Below, in pieces: positions 42,915 to 57,219 of a DNA stretch of 64,000 nucleotides. Origin of the DNA: Octopus vulgaris. Its lineage: Eukaryota. The translations under genes were made by a program, and so were the position numbers. The stretch covers positions 40,114,001 to 40,178,000 of the forward strand of contig OX597814.1 in NCBI GenBank assembly GCA_951406725.2, in the 5' to 3' direction. The stretch's first letter is position 1, and every line of letters begins with the position of its first letter. The notes beneath the pieces were generated by a model. The model saw only the letters and a program-made list of their open reading frames with translations. It was not told where the DNA came from and did not search any database.

Positions 42915-44102
42915 TATAGACATGGCAGTAGCAAATAGATACCTCATAACACACAGATTTATGTTTATTTTAACTTGAAGAGGTTTATGTTTTAAAATTT
43001 ATATGTTTTATAAATTTACATTTCTATGTTTCACATTCCATACCTGACTCTTTAATCATGTCACGTATAAAAGAAGCCCTTGGACTGCCATTCTGATAGT
43101 GGATCTAGCATAAAATTTCAGAAACCCTTGGTATCCTGCTTTCTACAGTCAATACAGTAATTGTGCAATTCATAAAGGTTAGAAGTCCACACCACCGCGA
43201 CCAGGTCAACCGAGGCAATCTGACAGTACTCTTTGTTTTGTTAATTGTATAGGATAATCCTCGTTGCAAGGCCTCTTGCAGAGAAGATGAAGTTGATGTC
43301 AGTCCCAGAACAGCTCCCAGGTATCTTTACAATCTTAGCTACTATGGCAACGCAGTAAGTAATGAGTCATTTCCTCGACCAGCCAACATGAAGCGGAGAA
43401 AAGATTGAGCCAGTGAGATAATCGAGAAGCCAGTAACATTTTGTGACACTATAATATCCTCTGTTGAGTCCAGATTTGCTGCTTTTTCTGACAGTAGTCA
43501 AGTGTGGGCTTGAAGCCTCTATATTCAAAAATGTGACGTCAAGAATTGCGGCCTACAATAACACACGGCAGTTAGGCTCTGATAAGCTTGGGACTAATGG
43601 TCGATTAAAGCAGCTGAAATATTAGGATAACATAAACACAGATAAATATGTTGTAGATATTGCAGAAAATACTCGTTACAATGATTTAAGAAAACTCTTT
43701 ATTTATGGAAGATCGAGTTCCTTGTCACACGGCTAAACAGACTCAAGATTGGTTGCAAGAGAATAATATTAAAAAGCTTCTGTGGCGTAGCCAGATACCA
43801 GATATGAAACCTATTGAACACCTCTGGAGAATAATGGACATGACATTTCGTAAAAACTATAAGAAAGTATCCTGAAAGCCAGATTCTTTGAGATAACTGC
43901 ATGAAATTGGCAGGAATTTCCTGAAGAGAATATTCGTCATGTGATTAGTAGCATGTGTAATGGGGCTTTTGAAAAATGCAAAAAGGCATGTCATATTAGA
44001 TATTCACAGTATAATAATTAAATAATTTGTATATATAATTATAAATTTACTTAAATATTGACGATTATAAGGCGGTATATTTACTTCTGTCATGTGTCTG
44101 TG
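42915..44102 (+). mobile_element. Tc1-family DD34E transposon, decayed (copy 2)
   Basis: FMEDRVPCHTAK...PDMKPIEHLW has 34 residues between D and E; TIRs tagacatggcagtagcaaatag / tatatttacttctgtcatgtgtctg. Confidence 0.88.
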
Positions 44103-44157
44103 TTAATACGTAGGTACATATATACATACATATATATATATGTATCTCTCTCTCTCT

Positions 44158-44226
<69 letters not shown>

Positions 44227-44347
44227 TATATACATATATATGCATATATGTATGTACGTATTAGCACAGACACTAGACATACTTATAGTCGTCAATATTT
44301 ATGTAAATTTAAAATTATATATACAAATAATATATATAAATATATAT

Positions 44348-46931
44348 ATAAACTTAGAGAAAACTTAGATATGTTTCGACCAAAGATTGGTCCAGGACAT
44401 GTCTAACTTAATAGCACCACCTGAGAGGATTATTTTAATCCTGTTTATGTCAAGTTTTGTTTATGGTCCATTCAAGTAGTGGTTTTTTGTTGGGTGAGTT
44501 GAATCCAATAATGGGTGGCTTATCTGATATTCCTTGAAGGAATCTATCCAGACTCCGTTTAAAGTTGATAAGTTCCTTTTCCTCTTTGATCTCTTTCGGG
44601 ACAATGTTAAATAGGGTAGGGCCTGGTGAGGAAAATAAATTATGTTGCAGTGTACATGTATGCTGTGATCTTGAATTGGGCAGGGGACGTATGGCCCGTG
44701 GTCCCAGTCTTGGATAAACCTTCAAGCTAATGTTCAGGTCGTTTGGGCAAAGTTGGCGGTATATTCTCCACATCGTACAAATGATGTACCGCTCACGGCG
44801 ACGCTGGAGAGAGTAGAGTTTCAAGGCTGTAAGGCGATCCCAACAATCGAGAGCAGCCATGCCTTCAATTAGTTTAGTGAGTGCGCTCTGTTGTGATTCG
44901 ATCCTCGAGATGTTTTGTCTTGTATGTGGAGACCACAGTGGGCAGCAGTATTCGAGGTGTGACCGTACAAAGGAGAAAGGTTATATGATGACACCTTGTT
45001 CTCTGGACCGGAAAGTACTTAAGATCCAGGAACTCATCAACAATTACACCTAGGTCTCTGATAATGTTAGAAGCTGTGAGCGGTTCCCCTGAAGGAAGAG
45101 TGTATGGCTGTTTAAGTGAGGAATTTCTTCCAAAATGCATCAGCTCAAATTTTCCCTGGTTCATTTGCATTTTGCTTCTGTCTGCCCATTGACTCACAGC
45201 ATATAGGTCAGACTGGAGTTGAGTTCCGTCTGCTTCTTCATTGACGATTTGCTGGAGCTTAGTGGCATCAGTAAGTATTTTCACATTGCAGTAATGTACG
45301 ACACTGGGAAGGTTGTTTAGGTAAATTATAAAGAGTGGCGTCCCAAGACAGTCCACTGGGGGACACCGCTGGTGACTTTTGCTGGGCTTCAGTGGACTCC
45401 ATCAACTACATTGTGTGTTATATTCGCCAGGAAATACTTAATCCAGTGCAGAAATTTTCCACGGATTCCAGCATTTGCCAATTTTGAGAGTAGGATATTA
45501 TGGTCTACCCTGTCGAACACTTTACTGAAGTCAAGATATATGACATCAGAGTTCGAACCTGTTCCCAAGGCTTTGAGTATATTTTCAATCTGGTGTAAGA
45601 GCTGTGTTAGACAGTCCCTGTCACAGCGAAAGCCATGCTGATTTGCATTTAGGAGTTTGTGGGTCTCCAGGAAGTCAGCTATCCTTGATCTTAACACACT
45701 TTCAAACACTTTAATGTTGTGGGAGGTGAGTGAGATTGGATGATAGTTGACGGCGAGGGATCTGTTTCCCTGTTTGAAAATCGGGATGACTGAATGGGAT
45801 AGAAAATGTTTCGGTATATAACCTGCGTCTAATGAATTTCTCCAGAGGTTGGTCAGAAGGACTGCAAGTTGGTGTCTACATTCCTTAAGGAGACTAGCGG
45901 GGAATCTATCAGGGACTACAGCAGAGTAGTATTTGAACTCATTTATTGCTGCTATGATGTCAGTGGCAGTGAAGATTATGTCTGAGATTTTTTGTTGGGA
46001 ATCAACTTCGTTCGCTTCTCTTATGTCAATATCAGTGAGAACGCTAAAGACAGAGCAGTATTGTTTCTGCAGTATTTCTGCCATTTCTTTAGCATCGTGT
46101 TGGGGAATGCCGTTATCATCAATTAATGGCCCAATGGGTGAGACAGTGGTTCTATGCTTATTTGCATAAGAATAGAACACTTTTGGGATCTGTTTGATGT
46201 TTTTGATTACCCACTGTTCCTCCATGTTGGTCTGCAAATGAAGTCTTTCCAGCTCTTGCCTTTTCATTGTTATTGAATGTGGATGTTGTATGTGGGAATA
46301 TTTTAATTGGTTGATTGTTTTATTGAGTCTTTTGATGCGCCTGATGAGTGTTTTTTGTCTTTTTATGGAGCCGGTTTCTGTTTGTATTAGTAGATTTCGT
46401 GGGAGCGTGTTTAGAGTATGTATGGTTGACAATGTTCTCAAAATGCTGCCATGCGGTCTCAATATGGGTAGAATTGAGAGTAAAAGACCAGCCGATGAGA
46501 GACAGATCCTTTCTGATTGCTCCCTAGTCCGCTTTGTGGAAGTTTATGTTGTCAAATGTGTGCCATGGAGAGGATTGGCTGGTTTGGTTTTTATATGTCG
46601 GGAATTAAAATTGAAGAGTACCATGTCGTAGTCTGAGATGAGAGTTTTTTCAACTGAAATACTGTGAACAAAGCTAGAGTGATTGGTCAATACCAGATCC
46701 AAGATCGTTTTATTCTGTCTCGTTAGTTCGAGCACTAGCTGAGTCAGGAAGAATTCATTCATTAGATTAAAGAGCAGTTCTGATGCTGCTACATCTGATG
46801 TAGAGCATGCTACTAACTTCAGAGTATTTGTGAGCCAGTTCACACGAGGGAGGTTAAAATCACCCATCACTAGTATGTTTTCGAAGTTGTATTTCCGAAG
46901 GTAGGATTTGACTTTGCTAAGGCATTCTTCA

Positions 46932-46935
<4 letters not shown>
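44348..46935 (-). mobile_element. CR1-group LINE, copy 2 (same family as 26180-29024)
   Basis: ORFs 46870-46544, 46462-45389, 45356-44874 and 44860-44450 closely match copy 1; same 3' tail. Confidence 0.93.
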
Positions 46936-47013
<78 letters not shown>

Positions 47014-47104
47014 TCTATGTATATATATATATATAGAGAGAGAGAGATAGATAGATAGCTATACATACAAATATATATGTGTATCTATCACTCTCTCTCT
47101 CTCT

Positions 47105-47167
<63 letters not shown>

Positions 47168-47184
47168 CATATATATACATATAC

Positions 47185-47597
47185 TCTTTTCTCTTTCACT
47201 CTTTTACTTGTTTCAGTCATTTGACTGCGGCCATGCTGGAGCACCACCTTTTAGTCGAGCAAATCGACCCCGGGACTTATTCTTTGTAAGCCCAGTACTT
47301 ATTCTATCGGTCTCTTTTGCCGAACTGCTAAGAGACGGGGATGTAAACTCACCAGCATCGGTTGTCAAGCAATGCTAGGGGGACAAACACAGACACACAA
47401 ACACACACACACATATATATATATATACATATATACGACGGGCTTCGTTTCAGTTTCCGTCTACCAAATCCACTCACAAGGCATTGGTCGGCTCGGGGCT
47501 ATAGCAGAGGACACTTGCCCAAGATGCCACGCAGTGGTACTGAACCCGGAACCATGTGGTTGGTTAGCAAGCTACTTACCACACAGCCACTCCTGCG

Positions 47598-47598
<1 letters not shown>
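47185..47598 (-). mobile_element. SINE family A
   Basis: Reverse complement of 5828-6250. Confidence 0.88.
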
Positions 47599-47678
<80 letters not shown>

Positions 47679-47679
<1 letters not shown>

Positions 47680-50600
47680 ACTACTGCTGGAAATGCTCCC
47701 ATGCTTGTGTATGATAAATAATCTGATCTCGGATACATAATAGGGTCCTCTGTATTTTTTGATTAAAAATATATTATATAGCTTTGTATATATAATTTAC
47801 ATTTAAACAATACTCTCAATGTCAACTTCTGTAGCAAAGGTGAAATGTTCCGTTTTTATTTGTAAAACCTCTTCCTCTCTTTTTTAATGTATTCATTTCA
47901 AGTTTTAATTCGCTATTTGCAAACGACTACTATAAAATAATGGAAGGAATATTTACCAAGTTCAGAAATTTAAATGTCCGTTGCGTTTGTTTCATTTTAT
48001 GTTTATTTCATTCATTGTTTCGAATGTTCCCTCACCCTACTCTCTTTCCCTCCCTCTCTCTTTCACACACACTCACACTAAAACATACACACAACACAGG
48101 TTTCAATGCGTTATTATGTTTGTGTGTGAGAGAGAGAGAAAGCGAGAGATATCTAAGTGACGCACACACACTCTCATTTTCACACGCACGCACAGGCACA
48201 CATACATACAAAGGTGTATGCATATTTATTTAAGTACTTATACGTGACAACACGCCACTTCATTCAGTCTTTGTTACACACACACGTGTCTATTTCATCT
48301 GTTGTTTCATACTGTATGTATGCGTGTGCGTGCGGACAAGTGTGGTTGCCTTCGTGGTGCCTTCCACAATCGGTATTTATTTCAATCACTCTTGTGAAGC
48401 TATTCTCGTAAGTCATTTTTTTTCGTTTAATCCCTTTTTAAATTTTCAAAAATGTTTCCAAGAACAATGTTCCCACTCTTTACAAGAGGAGATGGGGTAG
48501 AGGTAGAGGATCAGTATTCTACAGTAAAGCAAAGACAAGTACGGGTAGGCAGAGTCATTGCTGAATTCTGCATTCTATTACTCTATTAAGCATGTTTGCA
48601 AATATATAAGCAATGGTTCAGATACTGTAACATACAGTTTTATGTAGAATGGCAATGAGCAGATAAATAAAAATGACGACGTTGCACAGTATGAGAGTAG
48701 CAATGTGGCTTTTATAATGCATCTTCAATTTTACCATTCATGTGAGGCACTCAGTGATCACTCATCTCAGTGTCTGTCTAGAGAATGGCCGCAGGGTTTT
48801 CGTTACAAAACAGCCTTGCAACAAGCGCTGTCTCCAAAAGAAACTACACTTACTGCAGTTTTAAAGCTGTATCAAGTAGATGAATTGCAAGAAAACTCGT
48901 TACTCACAATTATCTAGGCATTATGTATGGAGAAACAATAAATATCACAAGAGGAAAAGTATAATGCTACTACCTATGTCTCCTTTGGTATGAAGTAAGT
49001 GGTCCCAAATAATTCCAAGATTCAAGGGGGTAAATGTTCTCGACAAGGGAAGCATGCTCTCGACAAGTTGTTTTAGAAAATGATGAGCATTGCGAACTCG
49101 CATTGACTGAAATATTAGTCTCATATTCTCAAGAATTCTTTGTAATCTTTTTGCAATTATACTGAACATGTGTCAACTTCGCAGTCCCTTACATCTATGG
49201 ATGAAACATCGTGATGACATAGCCGAGGACTTAAAAACATGCAGTTGATCAGGCCAACCCAGATATCAATATTTAGTTCTCTGACAACATTTAAAACCAA
49301 GAACTGACTGAAATTGAGGATCAAGTTTTGGCCATGGGAAGCAAAAATTTACAAAATTCTGTCTCTGAACTGCCAAAATAAACTGTCAAATTAGTGATTT
49401 AACTTCAAGAGAGACAAGTAATGACATCAGAGATTTGGCTGCCATTGTGAATGAACATGAACCTAAACTTCTTTCAGAAAAAACACGTGGCATATGATAA
49501 AATTATTTCGTCAGTCAGATCAAAGTTGGAGAATTTCTTTCTTTATGTTCCTGGTGGCACAGCGAAAGCATTTGTAACAACATTGCTTCTCTCAAAATCA
49601 AGGCAACAGATAGTATTGAAGTTTCTGTAGAATTGTCTGGCTTTACTGTCTCTATTATCCCTGGAGGAGGAACAGCTACTTCTGCTTTTATACTACCGCT
49701 ATATCAGGTCACAAATGACAATCAATTTTGTTATATAAGCAAAGGTTCAGGTTGAAAAGAAGTGTTGCGCTAACGCCACTTGATCATTTGGCATGAATAT
49801 ACTGTGACACAGGAGCAATGGAAGCTCTTCATGAGAGCTTGCAGAACATAAGAGGTAAGAATAAATATATGGGAGATGTTACATTAGTTCTATTAGGAGA
49901 TATGAGATATACATTACCAGTAATTCCGTGACGAACAAGATCTGATGAAATAGAAGTATGGATTGAGTATTCGCACCTATAGACTAAAGTACTGAAATTC
50001 TCCTTCAGTACTAACATTCGAAGTGTATTAGATGGGGATCAATGTGCAGAACAGTTTTCCACTTAGCTTCTCCATTTAGAAAGTAACATTTGATTGGAAT
50101 GGTGATATCACTTTGGCTCATAATATAATCATAGGGAAATCCCCGATTTCCAGACTTAAGCAATAATTATAATTCACCCAAACGGTTGTGTGAAAGGGCA
50201 ATCCTTGCTCCAAAAACGAAACAATAGTATATTTTAAGTCATTAAGTAGTAGAGGTCAGTTGATTCAGTCCTAAATGAAAATCAATCTGTCCATTACCCA
50301 ACATTAATTTTCTTGAGCCACCTGGACTTCCTCTACATAAACGTTTTTGAAGGTAGGACTCCTAATAATGCTTCAAAGAAATTTAGCTCCTCGAAAATTA
50401 TGCAATGTGACAAGTTAGATTGCGAAGCCCTCATCACCTTATGTTATAGAAATATCATCATAATTGGATGTGCCTCGGGGGGGGGGGGGATTTTCATCCA
50501 AGAATGCAAATCAAGCAAACAGATATGCTATTTGAATTCATATGAGCACAATTCCTAGTGCGAATTTACTTTGCAATGTCTATTAATAAAACTTAAGGTC

Positions 50601-50991
50601 AAACTTTGAAACCTACTGGCTTGCACATAATTAAGCCTTATTTTCTCATGGACAACTTTATGTTGGTTGCTCCATGGTTGGTAGTTCGCAAGACTTATTT
50701 GTCTATGCCCCATACCAGAAAACAAGAAATGTTCATTACCAAGATTCGCCTACGTAATTTCATTCAACATCTGGGATAGAATTCATCTCCCTTCATAAAA
50801 AGGCAAATTTCGTATTTTCCTTTCCTTTAAAATATTATATTTTTTTTTTTATGAATAATTTTATTAGACTAACTTGTATTGCAGATAAAAAAAATATTGA
50901 ATTTAGAATAGCAAATTTGTATATAACACATTTTACTTTTCCAATATATAAAAAAACAATTGCTCTGCAGGGCAACGTCGTGTGCCCCTGC

Positions 50992-50994
<3 letters not shown>
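47679..50994 (+). mobile_element. Helitron, internally deleted, with decayed Rep/PIF1 helicase
   Basis: SIKHVCKYISNGSD (Rep C-terminus), FFLYVPGGTAKAF, IIPGGGTATSAFILPL, FAMSINKT*GQTL, FSHGQLYVGCSMV; 3' hairpin gcagggca...tgcccctgc then CTA; (TA)n on both sides. Confidence 0.88.
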
Positions 50995-51055
<61 letters not shown>

Positions 51056-51809
51056 GCGGATCCAAGTGTAGAAAGGTGAGCTTCAAGCAATCTATAGAAA
51101 ATATAAGAAAGAACTTTCAGGAAAAAGTGTTTATTGGATAGAAACGTTGTGGATTTCGAAGTGGACTACAGTTACAGAGAAAAACAATGACTATTCTATT
51201 GATTGAGAACTAAATAAATGCCGCAAGCCTTATCGTGTAGGGTGAAATAGATGGGATGTATTTATTGAAAGACATTACCAAGTATTTATATCCAAACATA
51301 CATTTATTAATACTAGACACGGACAAGCCCTACGATGTTTACAGAAACACGGTAGGTGCCTTAGGAGATGTAGGAATAATTTTAGATAGCCAACGCCTCA
51401 ACAAAAATTGAGCTTGATATCAAAAATAGAATAAGATAAGCTAAACATAAAAATATTTGATAACAATCAGTAATATATAAAAGAGACCCAATACCTACCT
51501 GATATAAAATACAAATCATGAGGAGCCAAACAAAAGATGAATATAAACATACATGAACCATGCAATGCACGCACTACACTTGAAATCAATGACATAACAT
51601 ACACAACCATCAAAACGAACGAAGTGCCTTACAAAATAATAATCTTGACGGTACAGATTTGAGTGGAAGCCCTAACTTCGGACGCTTACTGCAGTGAAGT
51701 TGTGGTGAGCAGCACATAGCTACAAATAGCAACACTTGTAACGCTCTCAAAACACTAACAAAACCTTGCTGTAGTCAGTTCACTTTCAGTATAACGAAAT
51801 GGACAGACA

Positions 51810-51885
51810 CCGATGAAGCAGCACCAACAATATTGCAAAGATGTATTTGTAACAGTGTGTTGTTGTTGCTGCGGAAACACGTGTA
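51810..51885 (+). ncRNA. Hammerhead-like motif with long stem II
   Basis: CCGAUGA-A-GCAGC...GCUGC-G-GAAA-CACGUG-UA; palindromic stem III; stem I partner missing. Confidence 0.5.
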
Positions 51886-52119
51886 AGTAATTATAATTTG
51901 CTGTATATAGTTATAAGATATTTTGTGTATATACAAGTTTCCACACTTTTTTAAATTTCTAATAGTAATATAAACACCAGAGACTATTTATCCAACAGCT
52001 AAGAGTACAGGGAATTAACAAACGAAAGAATTAATGGTGTAACTAATAACTAATTGTAGCCACAGGCGTTAGATACGGATCGTTGTGGTTAACTGTTAAC
52101 TGAAATCTAACCTACCTAC

Positions 52120-52163
<44 letters not shown>

Positions 52164-52176
52164 ATATCTATCCCCC

Positions 52177-52257
<81 letters not shown>

Positions 52258-52258
<1 letters not shown>

Positions 52259-52418
52259 TGACGAGATGCCGTAACAGATTTCCGGCCCGACATTTGAAAC
52301 TTGGAGTTTTATTATGCCAACAGAATAATTGAATAATTGTCACATATCCTATTACAGATAAATTCCTCTATTTACATAATATTGAGGTCTCATTCATTCC
52401 TTTGATTCCCTATCATTA

Positions 52419-52420
<2 letters not shown>
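52258..52420 (+). mobile_element. Penelope-type terminal remnant with decayed hammerhead, between (TA)n tracts
   Basis: CTGACGA-gatgccg...cgacatt-tGAAAC at 52258-52300. Confidence 0.45.
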
Positions 52421-52515
<95 letters not shown>

Positions 52516-53165
52516 ATATAAAGCACAATTTATTGGAGACCAGAGTTGTTCGAAAACCGCGGTACTACTGTATTTTGTATTGTATGTTTACACTGCGAAT
52601 AATTTGCTTGATGTGGAACTTCGAATGTGTATCTATATTTTACTAATTTAATATTAAACTCCTACATACACAATCGACGGCGGGAATACCCAGATGTGCT
52701 CGAAGATGATATATTCTGTAATACAAACTCTCTACTACTACTACTACTATTACTACTACTACTACTACTACTACTACTAATACTACTAATACTAATACTA
52801 CTACTACTATTACTACTACTACAACCACCACCACCACCATCAGCACCGAATCTGAGTAATTGCTAGCACCGTAAATTTTGGCGGAAAATCTTTTGTAGTT
52901 CCAAAATTGTTAAATGAAATTTAATTTTTTTCACATTGACTTCCTTTCACTTACGGCATTATTAATTGAACTCCGGAGCGTATTTTGATAAACATGTAGA
53001 TGTTATCTTTGTTTTATTGAAGGTGAAATCATTTTCTCAAATGATTTTCGTCACTTCATTTCATTTTCCTTTCTTAATTATGTATTTCATTGTTTGAAGC
53101 CTCTTAAGCTTTTCTCTTAGTTTTAATCTCCTCTCTAAACAGACACATACACACACAGGTACACG

Positions 53166-53201
<36 letters not shown>

Positions 53202-53569
53202 TATATCACGTGACCGACCAGTCCATCAGATATAGTTACGCATCACTGGTCACGATGCGTTCACATAGTTTTAGCCTTCGAATGACGCCACCCCGCGGGC
53301 TTAGCGATCAGACCAATATATATATACACGCACACACACACACATATATATGTATATATAATCATGCATTCACTCATGTGCGTACTCAGCTGTGTTTACA
53401 TATATAGTTGTTCGTCACTAAATATGCATGGAAGAATATATTTGCTATATCTTCTAGAAATATGAATAATTACTTAGACATTGTGTATCAAAATGCATCA
53501 ATATGTAGTGATTTCGATAAAGGTATTCAAATATACCCTTACCATTTATTTTAACTGGAATACTAATTA

Positions 53570-54140
53570 AAAATGCTTGTTGTGGACATCATGAACAAGT
53601 CTGCAAGCAATCGGCCAGTGCCTGTGCATTGGCAACTTGTTGAGTTATGCCTAACACGTACTGTAACATATGCACCGGATATCCAAAATGAATCCACTAA
53701 GAAAATCGCTTTTTTCAACTGGGAGGACAATCTTCGTCAGTCTGGTAGCTGTAAGAGGAGCTAGTGTGATGGACAAGATTGATAGAAGTGAAGGCAAATG
53801 CCTTCCACTATGGACAAGTCCTGATGAGTTTCTTCGAGTTTCACATGAAAAGTGAAGTGAAGACGGAGAGGGAGTTTCTGCTTCACTTCCTGCATCACAG
53901 TAAATTTGTGGAACAATATATGAGTGTAGCGAGCAACGTCCGAGTGAATGGGCCTGTTCTGAGTATGTGCCTGAAGATTGGAGGAATAAAAATCTGAGAG
54001 AACAGTTGTCTAAGTGGTCAGAGTGACCATGATTTTGTAGGGCCCTTACGAGTAGCCCTTAGAAATAACTCATTGGATTTTGTTTCTTTTTCTACTCTTT
54101 CCCCTTATACATACCCTTTTTTTTATATATATAATCCGGT
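53570..54140 (+). mobile_element. Probable L1/Tx1-like LINE 3' fragment
   Basis: Decayed C-terminus LMSFFEFHMKSEVKTERE...RVNGPVLSMCL; family assigned from recall only. Confidence 0.4.
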
Positions 54141-56374
54141 AGTTAATAATCTACTAATGTTCTCTAATTTCCGCGATTAAAAAAATAGTATTTGTAAAAT
54201 TATTGAGTAAGTTGAAACTATAATCTCTCTTGGTTACAAAACCCAGACTTTATTTGTTATTATTTTTTCTAAAATACAATCCACCTAATATCAATGAAAT
54301 GATTTGATTCTCAACTTAAACCGGTCAGTAACTAGAGGGATTTAAAATTTCAATTCATCTAATGAACATATATTCTCTACATATTTTCTATCACCCATTC
54401 TTCTATATGTAGCTAGCTGGCATAAAATATGTTTACGTTTAAAGGAGACTAAAAAAGAGAGTGAAGAAGCGAGTGAGAAACGAAGGGAATGTGGTCAGTG
54501 TACTTCAGTTTTTGAACATCATTTGCATTACATGTATACTAGTGAAATGAGGGTTCATCTAAATATCTCTTTCGTTTGCATTTTTCCCGAGTTTAGCTTC
54601 GCTCATTAATTCTGGGTATTCAGTTACAACATAGCCAAAGTAGAACTCAATAAAACCTAGTCATCAGATGCGTACTGCCTTTGAATGAAATCTCACCCTT
54701 TTGAAAGCTTACTTATATTTCGAACGACATTGTAGCTTAACTCTTTGCAAATCATTGAATCTCATCTTTTTACAAGGAAAATCTCTTTTTGATAATGAAG
54801 GCGACATAAATACGCTTTCAGCTGTTGTGTATACTGTATATATCTCACCATCCCTAATGTTTTCATATTTAGTTTGATGTAGATCAACAATAGCTACTTT
54901 TTTTTCTCTCTCAAAGATCGATTGCGTACATTACGGTGAGTACTACGTTATATGTATATCCATTTTAAAACCGATAAATCTATAGAAACAATGACTGCAT
55001 TCACCATACTATTGATTCACTTTTACTTAACTGAATTACGTTTGCTCCAATAGTAAAATAATAAACTTGAACGGTAATCATTCGTAATGTTCTTTTCATT
55101 ACATTCTACTTTCTCCTTTCCAAATAATACATATATTGCTTTAGATACATTTATATTTTCCAAAACTTTACTCTTACCGTTTGATGTATAACTTCTGAGG
55201 ATCGTTTGAATTTTTGACTATTGCTTTCAGCAAATTTAATAAAACATTTGCCAACAGTTGCTTAAAGTTCATCTGCTATTTTTTTTCCTTCCATTTATTA
55301 CTCAGTACTGGTTTCTAAATTTAACCTTTTGAACTAGCGAATACGATTTAGAGGGCACGATTTCGTTTGCGGCTACATGTGTAACATTGCCTATGGTTGA
55401 TGACGACAATTTTTCTGTCATATGACGAACCGAAAACGCAAAGCTACGTGAGTACATTGTGCGTCTTACAAGGATATATTCAAACAAAAATGCGCCCGCT
55501 AAAGCTTCAAGTAGTTTCAATGTAACGTTAAAAACAACAATGAACCTTTTTAAACATCAAATGTTATTTGAAATTATTCATTGTACTTTTCTCAATCGAC
55601 GAATTGAAAGAATAAGCAAAGCTGAAAATATACGATAGATAATTTTCGCTATGCAGCCACAACATTTGTTTGCTTCATTTGACATTTATAATGATGCAAT
55701 TGTATTGTTTAACAAAGCATTTCATTTTCAGAAGTAAATATCCCATCGGACAGAAAAAAAGAGAGTATATTAGTCACAAAAACAAACATTTATGAATATT
55801 TTAAATCATGTAGGCTGTTTCGATAATATATACACAGAGTAACTAAATATAAGCTTTTTTTTTTTCACTTTCAAAAAGATGCTGCTATAACACTAGTAGA
55901 ATAGCATTAAAATATTCACTCAGTCATATACTTTTAAACTGATGGAATGTATATAATATTAATCTAAGTACCGATAACAACAAAATTTGATTTTGATTAT
56001 ACCAATTTATATTGACGACTGGTGTAAGACCCTTAAAACTGGAAGATGTAAGGTAAATAAGTGGGAATGATTTTAACTTTGTATTGCAAACACATTACAT
56101 TTATATCTGGTTAATTATTATACACTCCCTAGGTTAATATTACAGAAATCTACATTCCCAAACAGCGTGTCGTCTAAGAGACTATAAATAACGTCCTATC
56201 CACCACTTTCCAATAATTCAAACAAAGAAAGTTTCTAAGTTTGTCAGAAAAAACTCAATAAAATGATCTGTTATAGAATAGATTGGTATCTGAAATATTT
56301 GAAACGTGTTTCATAGATATAATAAATATACATATGTAACATACAAATGTTTCTGCCAAAAAATGACTCAGGTT

Positions 56375-56416
<42 letters not shown>

Positions 56417-56474
56417 CTCCCTCTTGCTGTGTGTGTGCATGTAGGCATTTATGTATCCATGAATTTAATATTCG

Positions 56475-56537
<63 letters not shown>

Positions 56538-56579
56538 GTGTGTGTATGCTTGTGCATGTGTGTGTGTGAGGATGTGTGT

Positions 56580-56619
<40 letters not shown>

Positions 56620-57219
56620 AAGCTTAGAAATGAACTGCATCTTTGGACCATTCTTGCTTCATTCACTCAGGTTTCAATAGATTTACAAATTCCAAGACGA
56701 ATCTGAAATTATTCATAACGGCTTAGCAGAGGAGCTAAGTACCTGGCGTCTGCCTTTTGAGATGCGGCCGTACACAATCTTTCCCCCCATATGCCCTAAA
56801 AATAGAACTTCTTGCCCTCCCTAGAAAAAGGTCGGCTGTGGTACGACTTTTTCTGTCGAGTCAACCGATGGCAAGATCCACTCTACGTGCGACTGCAGGT
56901 GTTCAACTTAACTTCAAAGTCATTAATGTTTGAGCACTGCACGAATGCTTTTGTGAGTAAGGGGAAGAGGGAAAGACTGAAAGTAAAAGAGAGGGGGAGA
57001 GGGGGCGAAAGACAGAGAGAGAAAATGAGAATTAGAAAGGAAGGGGAAGCTGTCAGTGTATATGTGTTTGTGAACTTCAGTATCATTACATGTATCCTAG
57101 TGAAATGAGTTTTCATCTAAATAACTCTTTTCATTTTCATTTTTCTCGGGCTTTACTTTCGCTTGGTTATTCCACGTATTTATTCACAACATAGTTAAAG
57201 ATTGCACAGAATAAAACCT

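Noticed and set aside
53821-53870. CTGATGA motif
   Set aside because: No convincing stem II closing onto a GAAA; lies in a probable LINE coding relic.
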